This document shows, piece after piece, positions 8,665-18,800 of a DNA stretch of 64,000 nucleotides (positions are counted from its first letter, which is position 1; each line of letters opens with the position of its first letter). The notes below the pieces were generated by a model. It worked only from the letters and a program-made list of their open reading frames with translations. It searched no databases and was not told where the DNA came from. This DNA comes from a virus. A program made the position numbers and the translations under genes. Location: the IMG/VR virus record IMGVR_UViG_3300034520_000378; one strand, 5' to 3'.

Positions 8665-9063
8665 TTACACCTGCGTCACCGTAGCGCCGCTGTTCAGGTT
8701 TAGGTCAACCTTGAAACCAACGGGATTCCACATATCGGCCGTCTTGACAAACACGAACACGTTAAGCGTCACACTGTCTATAGGTACTGCCTTGACAAAT
8801 ACATCATTTCGCGATAGCAGGCCGTCCCCCGTCAGAGTCGACACAATCCTTTCGGTTATCGCGTCAGCCGTCTCCCTGGAGTTGGGATACCCGAGAAAGT
8901 CTATGAGGTCGGCGCCGATGTGGTCGTAAAACCAGTCAACGGTCACCGATTTCAGCCTGTTTCTAACAGACTGGATAACGTATTCCGCACCTTCGGCCAG
9001 CATTATGTCGCCCACATCGTCAAGAACAATGTCACCGTCTTCTGAAAGCATGATATCGGCCAC
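8665..9063 (-). CDS. baseplate wedge/sheath-initiator (gp25-like) protein
   Basis: 'DI.L..DGDI', 'Q...RL......W......GA.L..F.G' pattern; upstream of baseplate J; SD favours GTG at 9063. Confidence 0.7.
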   Translation of the reverse strand: MADIMLSEDGDIVLDDVGDIMLAEGAEYVIQSVRNRLKSVTVDWFYDHIGADLIDFLGYPNSRETADAITERIVSTLTGDGLLSRNDVFVKAVPIDSVTLNVFVFVKTADMWNPVGFKVDLNLNSGATVTQV

Positions 9064-9080
9064 TGCACACGCCTCCCCTC

Positions 9081-9590
9081 TCATTCAAATACGTACTTGG
9101 GCGCCTTAAAGCGTATCGGTTGTGAGGATCTTATCTCAACACCGCCGTCAGAGGTGATGTTTACCTTCACCTTGCCGCTTACGGTTACCGTTCTGTCTGA
9201 GGTTATCTTCACGTTCTTCCTGCTCCTGACATCAATGTCCGAGTGACACATCACGGTGGTCTTACCTTTTATCTCCGCCTTGAGCTCTTTGTTGATATGG
9301 CTCAAGACATGGTTCAAATGATGCACCAGCCTGTCTGCGATGAAATGCATGGACTCATCAAGCGGATCAAGCTTTATGCCGCAGTCGTTTTCGACGAATA
9401 TGTCAATGGTGCCGTCATCGTGCAGCCGTACGGAGCTTTTATGCAGTGGGTGCGACAGCGCCACCTCCTGCGTTTTGGGAAACGGTACGTCCTGAAGCTG
9501 CTCTTCAATGCTCTGCAGCGGGTGCTCTATTCTCTTTGTCAGCAGCTCGTTCAATCTTTCCTGCGGACTAGGTGGAATACCGATGCTCAA
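9081..9590 (-). CDS. baseplate spike-like protein
   Basis: C-terminal repeated short beta strands as in gpV/gp5 spikes; baseplate context. Confidence 0.55.
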   Translation of the reverse strand: MSIGIPPSPQERLNELLTKRIEHPLQSIEEQLQDVPFPKTQEVALSHPLHKSSVRLHDDGTIDIFVENDCGIKLDPLDESMHFIADRLVHHLNHVLSHINKELKAEIKGKTTVMCHSDIDVRSRKNVKITSDRTVTVSGKVKVNITSDGGVEIRSSQPIRFKAPKYVFE

Positions 9591-9593
9591 CTG

Positions 9594-9992
9594 CTACCAC
9601 CCCACAAACTGACGCGTGCTTAAAGCCTGTCTTGATATTAGTATCCCATGCTTTTGGTAGTTCTGTGAATGCCCCCTGGTTGCAGCCATGTACGCGTTAT
9701 CGACAAGCCCCACAACCATTGGCGTATTGTAGCTGCCGTTTATGAACTCCACAAGCACCTTTTGGCCGGGCATCGGACCGGCCGTCTTAACACCACCGGA
9801 TATAACCACCGGCACGCGCTCAAATAAGCTGTCGACACCCGTCCCGGGCTCGCTAATTCTGACGGATGCCAGATTGGTCTTTTCATCGTAGCTCTCGATA
9901 ACACCAATTAACGGCCGTGCCTGCGTTCGCAGCACGGGCAGCACGACCTCGTCAATCAACATCTGTTTGAATGACGACAACTTACACAGCAC
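9594..9992 (-). CDS. baseplate spike OB-fold-like protein
   Basis: 'G.I..YD', 'P.PGQKVLVEF.NG....P.VVG' gpV N-terminal pattern. Confidence 0.65.
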   Translation of the reverse strand: MLCKLSSFKQMLIDEVVLPVLRTQARPLIGVIESYDEKTNLASVRISEPGTGVDSLFERVPVVISGGVKTAGPMPGQKVLVEFINGSYNTPMVVGLVDNAYMAATRGHSQNYQKHGILISRQALSTRQFVGW

Positions 9993-10013
9993 CCCCTAAT
10001 CCAGCAGCTATGG

Positions 10014-11963
10014 TTACGGCAGCCGCCAGGACGACGGCGGCAGGTATTCAAGCGGATCCACATGCTTACCGTTGATCCTGAGCTCAAAATGCAGATGCGG
10101 TCCGGTAGAGTTACCAGTACTGCCTTGATAGCCTATTACCTGGCCCTGATATACAGGCTCCCCTCGAGCTACAGTGACCGTTTTCATGTGCGCATACAGC
10201 GTTTCTATACCGTCGCCATGGTCGATTATGACATAGTGTCCGTAACCGTCACGGTCATAAGCTACCAGCTTTACCGTCCCGCTCGCCACAGCGAGGATCG
10301 GTGCCGGACTGTCTTTTTCGCTGAACGCCAGGTCAACACCCTTGTGCTCTCTGTAACCGCCAGATGACTTCTTCCTCTTCTCCCCAAATGCCGACGTTAC
10401 TGTACCCACCCTGTTCGATGGCGACCCAAACACCAGCACACCGCGGCTGGCTTGTATTGTTTGCTGTCCGGGTTCACCCTCCGCAATGCTGGGCGGTATG
10501 CGGTCGTTGTCATATGCTATGATATGTTTGCCACCAGTTATTCCAGCAACGAAATAGTTGCCCTTGAGGAACAGTGGGAATATCTTTATCCTGTTGAGGT
10601 TCTCAAAGAAGATACAGATCTTCCTCAGCGCTTTGTTGATGAGCTCAGTTACTAGGTATGTTATGACGAAGCTGACAATGCCTGCCGTTCCAATAGCTCT
10701 AATACCTGCTATTACACCCCGTATACCAGCTGAAATAGCTGCCACGGTTCTAGCAGTTTTAGCAGTCAGTATAGCGGCGCGTGCCGCTCTGTATGCCCCA
10801 ACAGCTGCGCTCATTACCTGTACAAGCCGTACCCTGTTCCAGCACACAAACGTACCAACCGCAAGTCCGTTCGTGATAATACGCGCCAGCGTGTTCGCCT
10901 TGCCATCCGTTGTTGTTATAAGATCAGGCTTGATAGAGGTGACAAACCCCGTCTCACCGGAAAACATGTACACCACACGCCCAACCTCGCACAGGCCGTA
11001 CATGTGGTTGACCGTGTCGTTAAGCGATATCATGTCATACGGCTTAATCCCCGGTATACCGCGCGTCACCAGCTCGCCACGGTACATGTCACGCATCCGT
11101 TCGGCCAGATAGTTGCGCCCGTATGCCAGCGCAACGTCCTCGCCCAGCGTAACCCCCAGAAAGCTGTACACCCCATCAGGGCCGAGTATGTCCTGCACCG
11201 TCCCTGAATCCACAATCTCCGTCTTCTGTAAGTCCGACCTTATGGTAAAGTCGGCGCGCACAATCGGCGATGTCTTGGGCGAGCTGCCGCGCGTGTATAT
11301 CACCGAGACGTTTGTGATAATGTCCCTCGAGCTTGCTATTACCTGGTTGTCTATGATATCGCTATGCGACGACAAGGCATGGAACTGCTGCATGGTAGTG
11401 TATACACACTCGTAGTTTTCGTATCCAGCAAACGGTCCCGATGCCTTATCGGAAACCCCTTCTATCCATTCTTTTATGTGCCCAATTGGGTCCTCGAAAA
11501 ACTCCTCTATCCATTTGTTGGCTTGGGCAGCCGGATTTGAGGGTTTATACACGTAGGCTTTAAGTTTCTGCCTGCCAAACTTAAGCGCCTCATTGCGGTC
11601 AGGAATGAATATGTCCAGTCGATACCCCTTGATAGCACCACCAGTGTCTTCGGCTATAAACCAACCCCTATTTGGCCAGTGTTGAAGCGCGGGAATGAAT
11701 ATCCTAGACCCGTAAGGGATAAGCTTTGGGTCAACCGCGATTGTACGGCCGTATGTAACTTTCGTACCTGTAGCCGTAATACCGCGCCCGTCCATCCCAG
11801 GATCATTTGCCGTATATGCCGTAACTATAAACTCAGCCTCTATATCCGCTTCTGCTATAAGCAGCTCCCAGGAGCCGCTCTTCATCGCAAGCCATACCTT
11901 TTCAAGAAAGGTAGCGGCATGTTGTGCAGTCTCTCCAATCCAGGAAGACAGCCCACCAGACAA
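10014..11963 (-). CDS. tail-associated lysin/hub protein with 3D domain and M23 peptidase
   Basis: 3D: VTAY, GITATG, IAVDP..IPYG, EDTGGAIKG.RLDIF; M23: HKGVD, YAHM, STGPHLHFE. Confidence 0.88.
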   Translation of the reverse strand: MSGGLSSWIGETAQHAATFLEKVWLAMKSGSWELLIAEADIEAEFIVTAYTANDPGMDGRGITATGTKVTYGRTIAVDPKLIPYGSRIFIPALQHWPNRGWFIAEDTGGAIKGYRLDIFIPDRNEALKFGRQKLKAYVYKPSNPAAQANKWIEEFFEDPIGHIKEWIEGVSDKASGPFAGYENYECVYTTMQQFHALSSHSDIIDNQVIASSRDIITNVSVIYTRGSSPKTSPIVRADFTIRSDLQKTEIVDSGTVQDILGPDGVYSFLGVTLGEDVALAYGRNYLAERMRDMYRGELVTRGIPGIKPYDMISLNDTVNHMYGLCEVGRVVYMFSGETGFVTSIKPDLITTTDGKANTLARIITNGLAVGTFVCWNRVRLVQVMSAAVGAYRAARAAILTAKTARTVAAISAGIRGVIAGIRAIGTAGIVSFVITYLVTELINKALRKICIFFENLNRIKIFPLFLKGNYFVAGITGGKHIIAYDNDRIPPSIAEGEPGQQTIQASRGVLVFGSPSNRVGTVTSAFGEKRKKSSGGYREHKGVDLAFSEKDSPAPILAVASGTVKLVAYDRDGYGHYVIIDHGDGIETLYAHMKTVTVARGEPVYQGQVIGYQGSTGNSTGPHLHFELRINGKHVDPLEYLPPSSWRLP

Positions 11964-12003
11964 CTACAGTCATCCTCCCTTTTATCTCAAGCAGGCTCAA
12001 TGG

Positions 12004-13995
12004 TTACTTGAGCAGTGCGTTTATCTTGCTCCACGTTTGATACCCCACAATACCGTCGACCTTTAGGCCGTACCGCTTTTGGAACGCCTTGACAGCCGCC
12101 TCCGTCTTTGCACCAAAGATTCCGTCCACTTTGCCGCAGTTGAACCCCAGGCTGTTCAGCGCAGTCTGCAGGCGCGCTACCGCCTCGCCTTGGTCTCCAC
12201 GGCGCAGTGTCGGATAAGTGGACTGCTGCGTTGCGGTGCCACGACTCGACAGAGCCGCAGAAGAAGACAGCCCCACTCCGGGCAGCGCCATCCCCTTGCC
12301 GTTCTTGCGCCGGTACCTTATACACACAGGCCAGAACGGCATCCCGATAAACAGCGTTGACCTAAACTGAAATGGCAGAACTGCGGCTACATATCCATCA
12401 GCTGTTAGCGTACAAGTCTTGATAACATCCCATGGCGTCTTGTTAGCAAGGAATACGGACACATACGGCCCTGTAAAGATGGAAGTATCGCCCATGTACA
12501 CCTGAAGTGGAGGGCGCTGCGGTCCTGAAGCGTATACAGCCGCACCGCCTCTGCGCTGTGCTACACGGTCCGCTACACCCATCAACTTGTCACGCGGGTT
12601 GCCCTGCGTGCCGCCGCCCGATGAGGTGCCCATGTTTGCCGCATTGGGCGCGGACTGCGTCGCTACCTTCTTCCAGTGCTCGTTAAAGTCCGCACCAGCC
12701 AGCGTAAATGGATAGACGTTCAACATGACGTCCCATGTCTGTATCGTGCCCATCAACTGCGACGCAATCGTAAGAGGTGTCGTATGCTTTCGGACGGTCC
12801 CAAAGTGCTCTATGCCGTACGGGCTTGATGCGCCGTACTGATACTGACCCACTACATCGCCAGCCAGGGCGGAAAGTGTCCCGGGCCAGTTAAAATGAAA
12901 CCCCCAGCCACGCTTGGTCATTATGTTCCTTATGATACTGTCGGGCGTAAGGCCAAACTTGAACAGGCCGGTCTTGTCCTCGTCCGAGAAGCCGGGCATC
13001 GTGTTCATGAGTTCGTGCCCATCACCCTGTGCCACAAACGTGACTATTTCGTCAGCGTTTGCCTCAACTATTGTACCATTGAACAACACGGGCAGGCGCG
13101 ACGCCACAGCACCGTAACCCATACGTATGTGTACTCGCGTACCGGGATTTATGTTAAGCTCGTCAAGCAGTCTCTTGCGCGCATCAATGCTCTTTTTGTC
13201 TATCACTGTTGGAAGTATGTTCTTCAGCGCCTGGCCAAGCCAACTCTGATTGGTGTCAGATGTAGGTGTAAGCGGCTGACTATTCAGCGCGCCATACGTA
13301 TTCGTCACTTCTATGTAAGCAAGGTCAGCCGGATTCTTCCTGTCCTTCACTATGCTTATACCAACAAGGGAGTGGTAGAAGTAGAAGTTGTTCCACAGCT
13401 TGCGACCGCCTACCCACTCGCCTTCGTCAATGAACAGAATAAGGTACGTTGGGAACGCCTGAACCAGCCGGCCGCGTCCGCCATACGCCAGCTCATCGTG
13501 ATACATCATGTTGGATATCTGCTCCGGCGTGAACTTGGTCGGGTCTATATCGCTGTGCAGGTCGTATGCTTTCTCCTTTAACGGATGTACAAAATAGCAC
13601 GAATCCAAAGGCGCAAACCATGACGGTTTTTTGGTAGCATCAACCTGGGCACTGAGGAATGTCCCCGACGTCGACGCAGATCGTTCTGCAACAGGCTGCC
13701 CTGCTGATGTTTTTGATTCAAGTAGTTCGATTATCTTACCCCACGTCTGCGGCCCCACAATCCCGTCAACCTTCAAATTGTATGCACTTTGGAACGCCTT
13801 CACAGCAGCTTCCGTCTTGGGGCCGAATATACCGTCCACTGCTCCACAGTTAAAGCCGAGGGTATTCAAGGCCTCCTGTAGTGTCCTTACCGCTTCGCCA
13901 CGAGAACCTCTCCTCAATAGTGTTTTAGCGCTGTTGCGTAATAAGCCCACGGCACCACTGCTGCTGCCACCATCACTATGCATTGTAACAGCCAT
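12004..13995 (-). CDS. baseplate hub-like protein with N- and C-terminal peptidoglycan-binding domains
   Basis: Two PG_binding_1-type copies (LRRG..GEAV..LQ.AL..LG...DGIFG.KT.AAV.AFQ....L.VDGIVG.QTW); central 'IRMGYG......VLFNGTI' hub motif. Confidence 0.75.
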   Translation of the reverse strand: MAVTMHSDGGSSSGAVGLLRNSAKTLLRRGSRGEAVRTLQEALNTLGFNCGAVDGIFGPKTEAAVKAFQSAYNLKVDGIVGPQTWGKIIELLESKTSAGQPVAERSASTSGTFLSAQVDATKKPSWFAPLDSCYFVHPLKEKAYDLHSDIDPTKFTPEQISNMMYHDELAYGGRGRLVQAFPTYLILFIDEGEWVGGRKLWNNFYFYHSLVGISIVKDRKNPADLAYIEVTNTYGALNSQPLTPTSDTNQSWLGQALKNILPTVIDKKSIDARKRLLDELNINPGTRVHIRMGYGAVASRLPVLFNGTIVEANADEIVTFVAQGDGHELMNTMPGFSDEDKTGLFKFGLTPDSIIRNIMTKRGWGFHFNWPGTLSALAGDVVGQYQYGASSPYGIEHFGTVRKHTTPLTIASQLMGTIQTWDVMLNVYPFTLAGADFNEHWKKVATQSAPNAANMGTSSGGGTQGNPRDKLMGVADRVAQRRGGAAVYASGPQRPPLQVYMGDTSIFTGPYVSVFLANKTPWDVIKTCTLTADGYVAAVLPFQFRSTLFIGMPFWPVCIRYRRKNGKGMALPGVGLSSSAALSSRGTATQQSTYPTLRRGDQGEAVARLQTALNSLGFNCGKVDGIFGAKTEAAVKAFQKRYGLKVDGIVGYQTWSKINALLK

Positions 13996-14071
13996 GAGAA
14001 AACGCCATCTTAAGCCGCCGCTAAGGCGAGCAAAGACGGCTTAGACACCCCCTCTGTTCGTCTGATAATTA

Positions 14072-15781
14072 TCACAGCAGTTCATTGCTGTGGTACGAGT
14101 AGTCTATGTAAAAGTCAGGGTCGACAACAAGCGCTGGGCTGTCGTTCCACAGCGGATGCTTGTACGGCGTAAAGTTGATAGCGTTCAAGCCATAAGCCGC
14201 ACGCTGCTTGTTGATAAGCTCCATTGCATCAGCTACACGTGCATACGTCGGCAGGTCAAGATCGGGATAAAGGTCAAATACGTCTAGAATCTCCTCAACT
14301 AAGCACGCATGCTCTATCTCGGTCAGGTCTTTTAAATCGACAGTCGCTACCGCCTTGAGCACTTTGTCAATGTACTGCACGGCATGTATGCGTTCGTACT
14401 CACGCTGCATTTTGTCAAAGTCGACCATTGACAGCACTATCCTGTAAAGCCCGGCGCTCTCCGGTACGGTCTCCACCTCTATAGCATTGACGATTACGTA
14501 CCTTATCCCGAACAGGGCCGTAAGCTCGTTGTCAAATCCCAGAAAACCGCTCACAAACTTGTTCCGGTACTTTACCGAATACTCATCCGCAGTATCAATA
14601 AGCTGTTTGAGTGCCGCCACCGCATCTTTGTTTGCTGTCTCGAACGTGGCTATAACATGCTTCTCCATACCGCCTATGTACTGATGCGATGGCGTGGTGA
14701 AGGCTTGAATGTGCCCCGACGCAAACCTGTTTCCAATGGCAATAACCAGGTTCGTCAGTACAAGGTCGTCCGGCAGCGGTACGTCCACCATGTACGGGTC
14801 GGGCGACCAGCCGGGCACATCAGCCGCTATATTGCCCTTTGGAACAAGCGTTATCGTTCCCGATACCGGTTCGTAATACGTGTCATAGCCAAGGGTACTG
14901 GCAGTATCCCGTAGGGTCACAAATACTCTACCGTTGGCCGTTCTGTACGGTTTGAAGCTCCACGGGCCTATTACAATGTAGGGCGACTTCCAGTCCGTGG
15001 TAAGTCCGAGCTTCTGAGCAAGAATGCGCGCCTCAATGATGGGCTCGTCACGGCCATCTATCTTCACAATCTGATACTCGCTGCGATTAATCGTCTTCTT
15101 CGGCGTAGGACCCCGGTTGTGTGCAATCTCCTCTAAGACTTTGCTGTCAAGTATCCTGAACTTGTAGCGCGCAGTAAAATGCTCCGTCTCAACCGGTGCA
15201 AGATAATAAGCACTTTCGGGCTGCATCACCTGTTGGTAGTACCACCTGAACAGCGGCCATACAATCTTGTCAGCAAAACCGTAGTCAGGAATAAGCATGT
15301 ACGGCTCTATTGTGGTGGCGTACATTGCCAGCTTGGCCTCCAGAGCGCCAGGAAAGTTGGGCACGGTTGAGATGGTAAGCGAGTTAAGTGTCACGGTATG
15401 TATATCGTACACATCGTTAAGCGTTTCGTTGAATACTGGGACTATCGGTGCGCGCATGAAGTGCGCAATAAGGCTGCGCAGCCCGTCCATATAGTATGAC
15501 CGGCCGTCAACACCCTCAACCGCCACACCGTTTATGTCGTCCATGTCATTAAACCATAAGTCGACCCCAATCTCGGTCTGTGTGTTACCAGTCTTTGTGA
15601 TAATAGGCCCTCTCTGCCGTACACCCCATATGGTCTTATTACCGCTCACCTTTTTGACGTTTATACTGAGCGGTGGTATGCGCAAAAAACAGTCGCCCAC
15701 CTGCAGGTGGTCTGGCGAGAGCCCCACCCTGCCGGCCGGAATAAGGTCGTTACCCACCTTGATAAGCGGCTCGGAACGCAA
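14072..15781 (-). CDS. virion/baseplate structural protein (569 aa)
   Basis: Long ORF with SD and TTG start between tape-measure-like and hub genes. Confidence 0.65.
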   Translation of the reverse strand: MRSEPLIKVGNDLIPAGRVGLSPDHLQVGDCFLRIPPLSINVKKVSGNKTIWGVRQRGPIITKTGNTQTEIGVDLWFNDMDDINGVAVEGVDGRSYYMDGLRSLIAHFMRAPIVPVFNETLNDVYDIHTVTLNSLTISTVPNFPGALEAKLAMYATTIEPYMLIPDYGFADKIVWPLFRWYYQQVMQPESAYYLAPVETEHFTARYKFRILDSKVLEEIAHNRGPTPKKTINRSEYQIVKIDGRDEPIIEARILAQKLGLTTDWKSPYIVIGPWSFKPYRTANGRVFVTLRDTASTLGYDTYYEPVSGTITLVPKGNIAADVPGWSPDPYMVDVPLPDDLVLTNLVIAIGNRFASGHIQAFTTPSHQYIGGMEKHVIATFETANKDAVAALKQLIDTADEYSVKYRNKFVSGFLGFDNELTALFGIRYVIVNAIEVETVPESAGLYRIVLSMVDFDKMQREYERIHAVQYIDKVLKAVATVDLKDLTEIEHACLVEEILDVFDLYPDLDLPTYARVADAMELINKQRAAYGLNAINFTPYKHPLWNDSPALVVDPDFYIDYSYHSNELL

Positions 15782-15796
15782 GCGTAATTCCCCCTC

Positions 15797-15836
15797 TCAA
15801 AAAGTATACTACCCGCTGGTATGTAGCCAGCGGGTA
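15797..15836 (-). terminator. putative terminator hairpin after the 2093-aa gene
   Basis: TACCCGCTGG-N7-CCAGCGGGTA perfect stem, T-tract a few nt downstream. Confidence 0.55.
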
Positions 15837-15839
15837 CCG

Positions 15840-18800
15840 TTAAACCCTGGCATATCCGTACTTCAGAAGCTGAGAGAACACTTCTTTGGCATAGTCCTCG
15901 TTAAGCTGTGACGTGTCGTTTGAGAAGTTGACGTTGACGTTCACATTGCCGTTAAACGCCTCGCTTGCTATGGCGTTAATGTCATTAGCAGACAGCCGCC
16001 GTTTTGTCCTGCCGCGTATGGTTATACGCGCACCGGTGTTTTCTACCGGGACAGGCCTCTGGTATACTTCACCCTGCTCACCTTCCGACATGGCAGGCGC
16101 AACAGGGATAGGTTTCTGAGCTCTGGCGTATCTGCCGCCACTGCTCTCCGGTTCTGTGTAGTCATCCTTGTCTCGTGGCCGCAGGAGTGCCATTAAGCCC
16201 AGACTAGCCAAGCCTATTCCCGCCAGCACCTTCCAGTTGCCTATCGCCGAGCCGAGCAGACCTCCGGCTCCACCGCCCGCACCAGCGGCACCGGAAGCTG
16301 ACTTGGCAGCCGCCTTGGCCTTGATGAAGTTGTTTATCTGCTTTATATGCTGTGCACCGGGCCCCTGTTTACCGCCCGCCGCAGCAGCTTGCGCTTTTAT
16401 GGCTTGATTTATTCGCCTTACTTCCTCTGCGCCTGGCGCAGCACTGGCCGCTTCTGCAGCACGCTGTGCTATATCCTCTGCTGCTTGTTGAGTAGCACTA
16501 CGCGCCGCCTGCTGAGCTGCTGCAGCATTGGCAGCTGCTGTATCAATTACATCAGCCGCTTGTCGCGCTACTGCCGCAGTAGTGGCTGTATCAACGACGT
16601 CAGCTGCTTGTTGTACCGCCGCAGCAGCCGCTTCTGTAACAGCATCAGCTGCGCCCTGCACCTGCTGTTCAAGTGGTCGGAACAAGCTGTACAGCCGTTC
16701 TTCAAAGTCCGCGAATCCCTTGCTACTGCCACTCTGTACCTTCTGCCTCAGTCCGGAATCCTTAACAAAATCCGCAAGTCCCCTGTCATCCCGTACTCTT
16801 AGTGAATAGCTTATCTCCTGCCTGAGTTCTGGATCCTTCAGCATTTCATACAGCTGTGCCTGCAGTTCGGAAAAGTCCAGTGTCGGCCGTCTAAACACTC
16901 GCTTTTGCTCAAACCTCCGTGGCTGTAGCTGGGAGAGATCCTGTATCGGCCGTCCGGGCACTCTCTTTTCCTTAAACTCTCGCAGCAGGTCAAACAACTG
17001 TTCCTGGAACTGCGGTGTTTGCTCCAGCTCAATCAGTTGTTTGAGTCCACCAAGCCTCTCGCCAAGCTGCTGCCTCAGGTTGCGGAACCGTACCAAAAAG
17101 CTCTCCGGATCCTGCGTCTCCACCAGCATCTTATCCGGTGTCGTTAGGTCTTCAAACAGAGTGTGGATACGGCGCCAGAGCTTTTCCTGCAGCGGCAGCT
17201 CCGGCGGCTCGTGCCGCACAACCTGAACAGGGATAGAACTCTGCAGCGGCACATGCGTTCCGGTAAGAGGATCTATCCCGCTTTTGACAGCAGTACTGAC
17301 ATCCACATCCGGCTTTAGGTGCCGCACAATAGCGTCCCGGACATGCCCTTCTACCGTGTCAGCGCCCGCTCTGGTATAATACAGAGCAATTTGCTCCAGC
17401 TGTTCGGGCGTAAAATCGCCGATACGCTTGAAGAATATGTCGCCAACGCCCGGGACATTGCCGGTCAGTGGTATGCGCATGTCCGCGCCGCTGCCCAGCA
17501 TCGCCCACGTTGGCCGCCTGTCTGCCCGCAGCTCTTTCTGCAATCGACTGCGCAGCTGCTCTAGCGCATCACCCATCTCAAACAATTCCAGGTCGGACTT
17601 TGTCAGAGGAACGGCGTTTGCATTGTATGCATCGCGCAACTGCTGAAACTCGTCTATTATCTGCTGGATGTTCGCCATATCCTCTGCGGGATTGGCCGAC
17701 AGCGGCGGTATAGAAACATCCTCTGTAGGTACGTTGGTAAGCACGTCAGCCGCTTCGCCGATAGCCGGCAGTGCTGCGATGTCTATACCGGCATCCTTCA
17801 GCTCCTGTATACCCCGCTCTAGCGCGTCCAGTCGGGCGCTAATCACCGGTCTTTGGCGCAGCCATTCCATAAACTGCGCACGTCCCTGTACGCCCTGCTT
17901 CTTAGCCTCAGCTGGTATGATGAAGCTGTCATATACCCAGTCGATGAAACGTGAAGCGGTTTGTTCGTCACGTATCGCCGGGATGTGCGCAGCTTCGAGA
18001 CTGGCTGCAAACTCGTCCAGCGCACCGCGCTGTGCTGCGTTGTATATGCTCTGCGCAAGCCCGTCCAAAGTGCGTACATTCTCATCCGCAATCCCGCACT
18101 GTCTGAAGTAGTCTATGAGGGAATATACCGCTTTTTTCCGGCCCTCCGGTGTTTTAGCGCTGCGCTCAACGTACTCGCGCAGCCTGCTGTACAACTCTTC
18201 AGGCACAACGGTGGGAATATGGATTTCACCTTTACCAACCGGAAGGCCGGTAAACTTGTACAAGCGATAGGGCGTGTACCGCGATACTTCCAGCCCAAGC
18301 TTCTTGCCGGTCTCGCCCTTTATGAAACCTCTCTTAAACTTCTCCCCGATCTGGCTGTAAAGCTGTCCCGGGTCCCCTTTCAGCACGCCTGCACCGTGGA
18401 GCATGACTATGTCTTCAGCAAGCGTCTTAAAAGCCTGGCCTTCCGGGCTGGCGAGCCATTCCTGCATGTGCGGCAGCATGTGCTTGTACATTGGCGAAAC
18501 GTCTCGCGTTAAGTAGTAGCGCATCTGGTCTACGGTCTTCTTGCTTATGTCACGCGACCCGGTACTACCAAGCATGGATACAAGCAGCTGCTCACCCGGT
18601 GTAAGCTGTGCACCACTGTCCAGTTTGTGTGCCGCTTCGAGTGTTTTGTCAATGATCGGCTGAAAAGCCTCCGGTCCTGCTGCACCCTGTCCGGTATACG
18701 CTACCAGCCGGCTCAGCTGCGGCAGCGAGGTCTTAATGCCGCGCACCTCGCGAGCTGTCAAATCAAGCACATCGTCCATAAAGATGTTCTTCGCTTCTTC

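Noticed and set aside
16300-16670. Ala-rich gcagca-type repeats as a separate element
   Set aside because: Low-complexity coding linker within the 2093-aa protein
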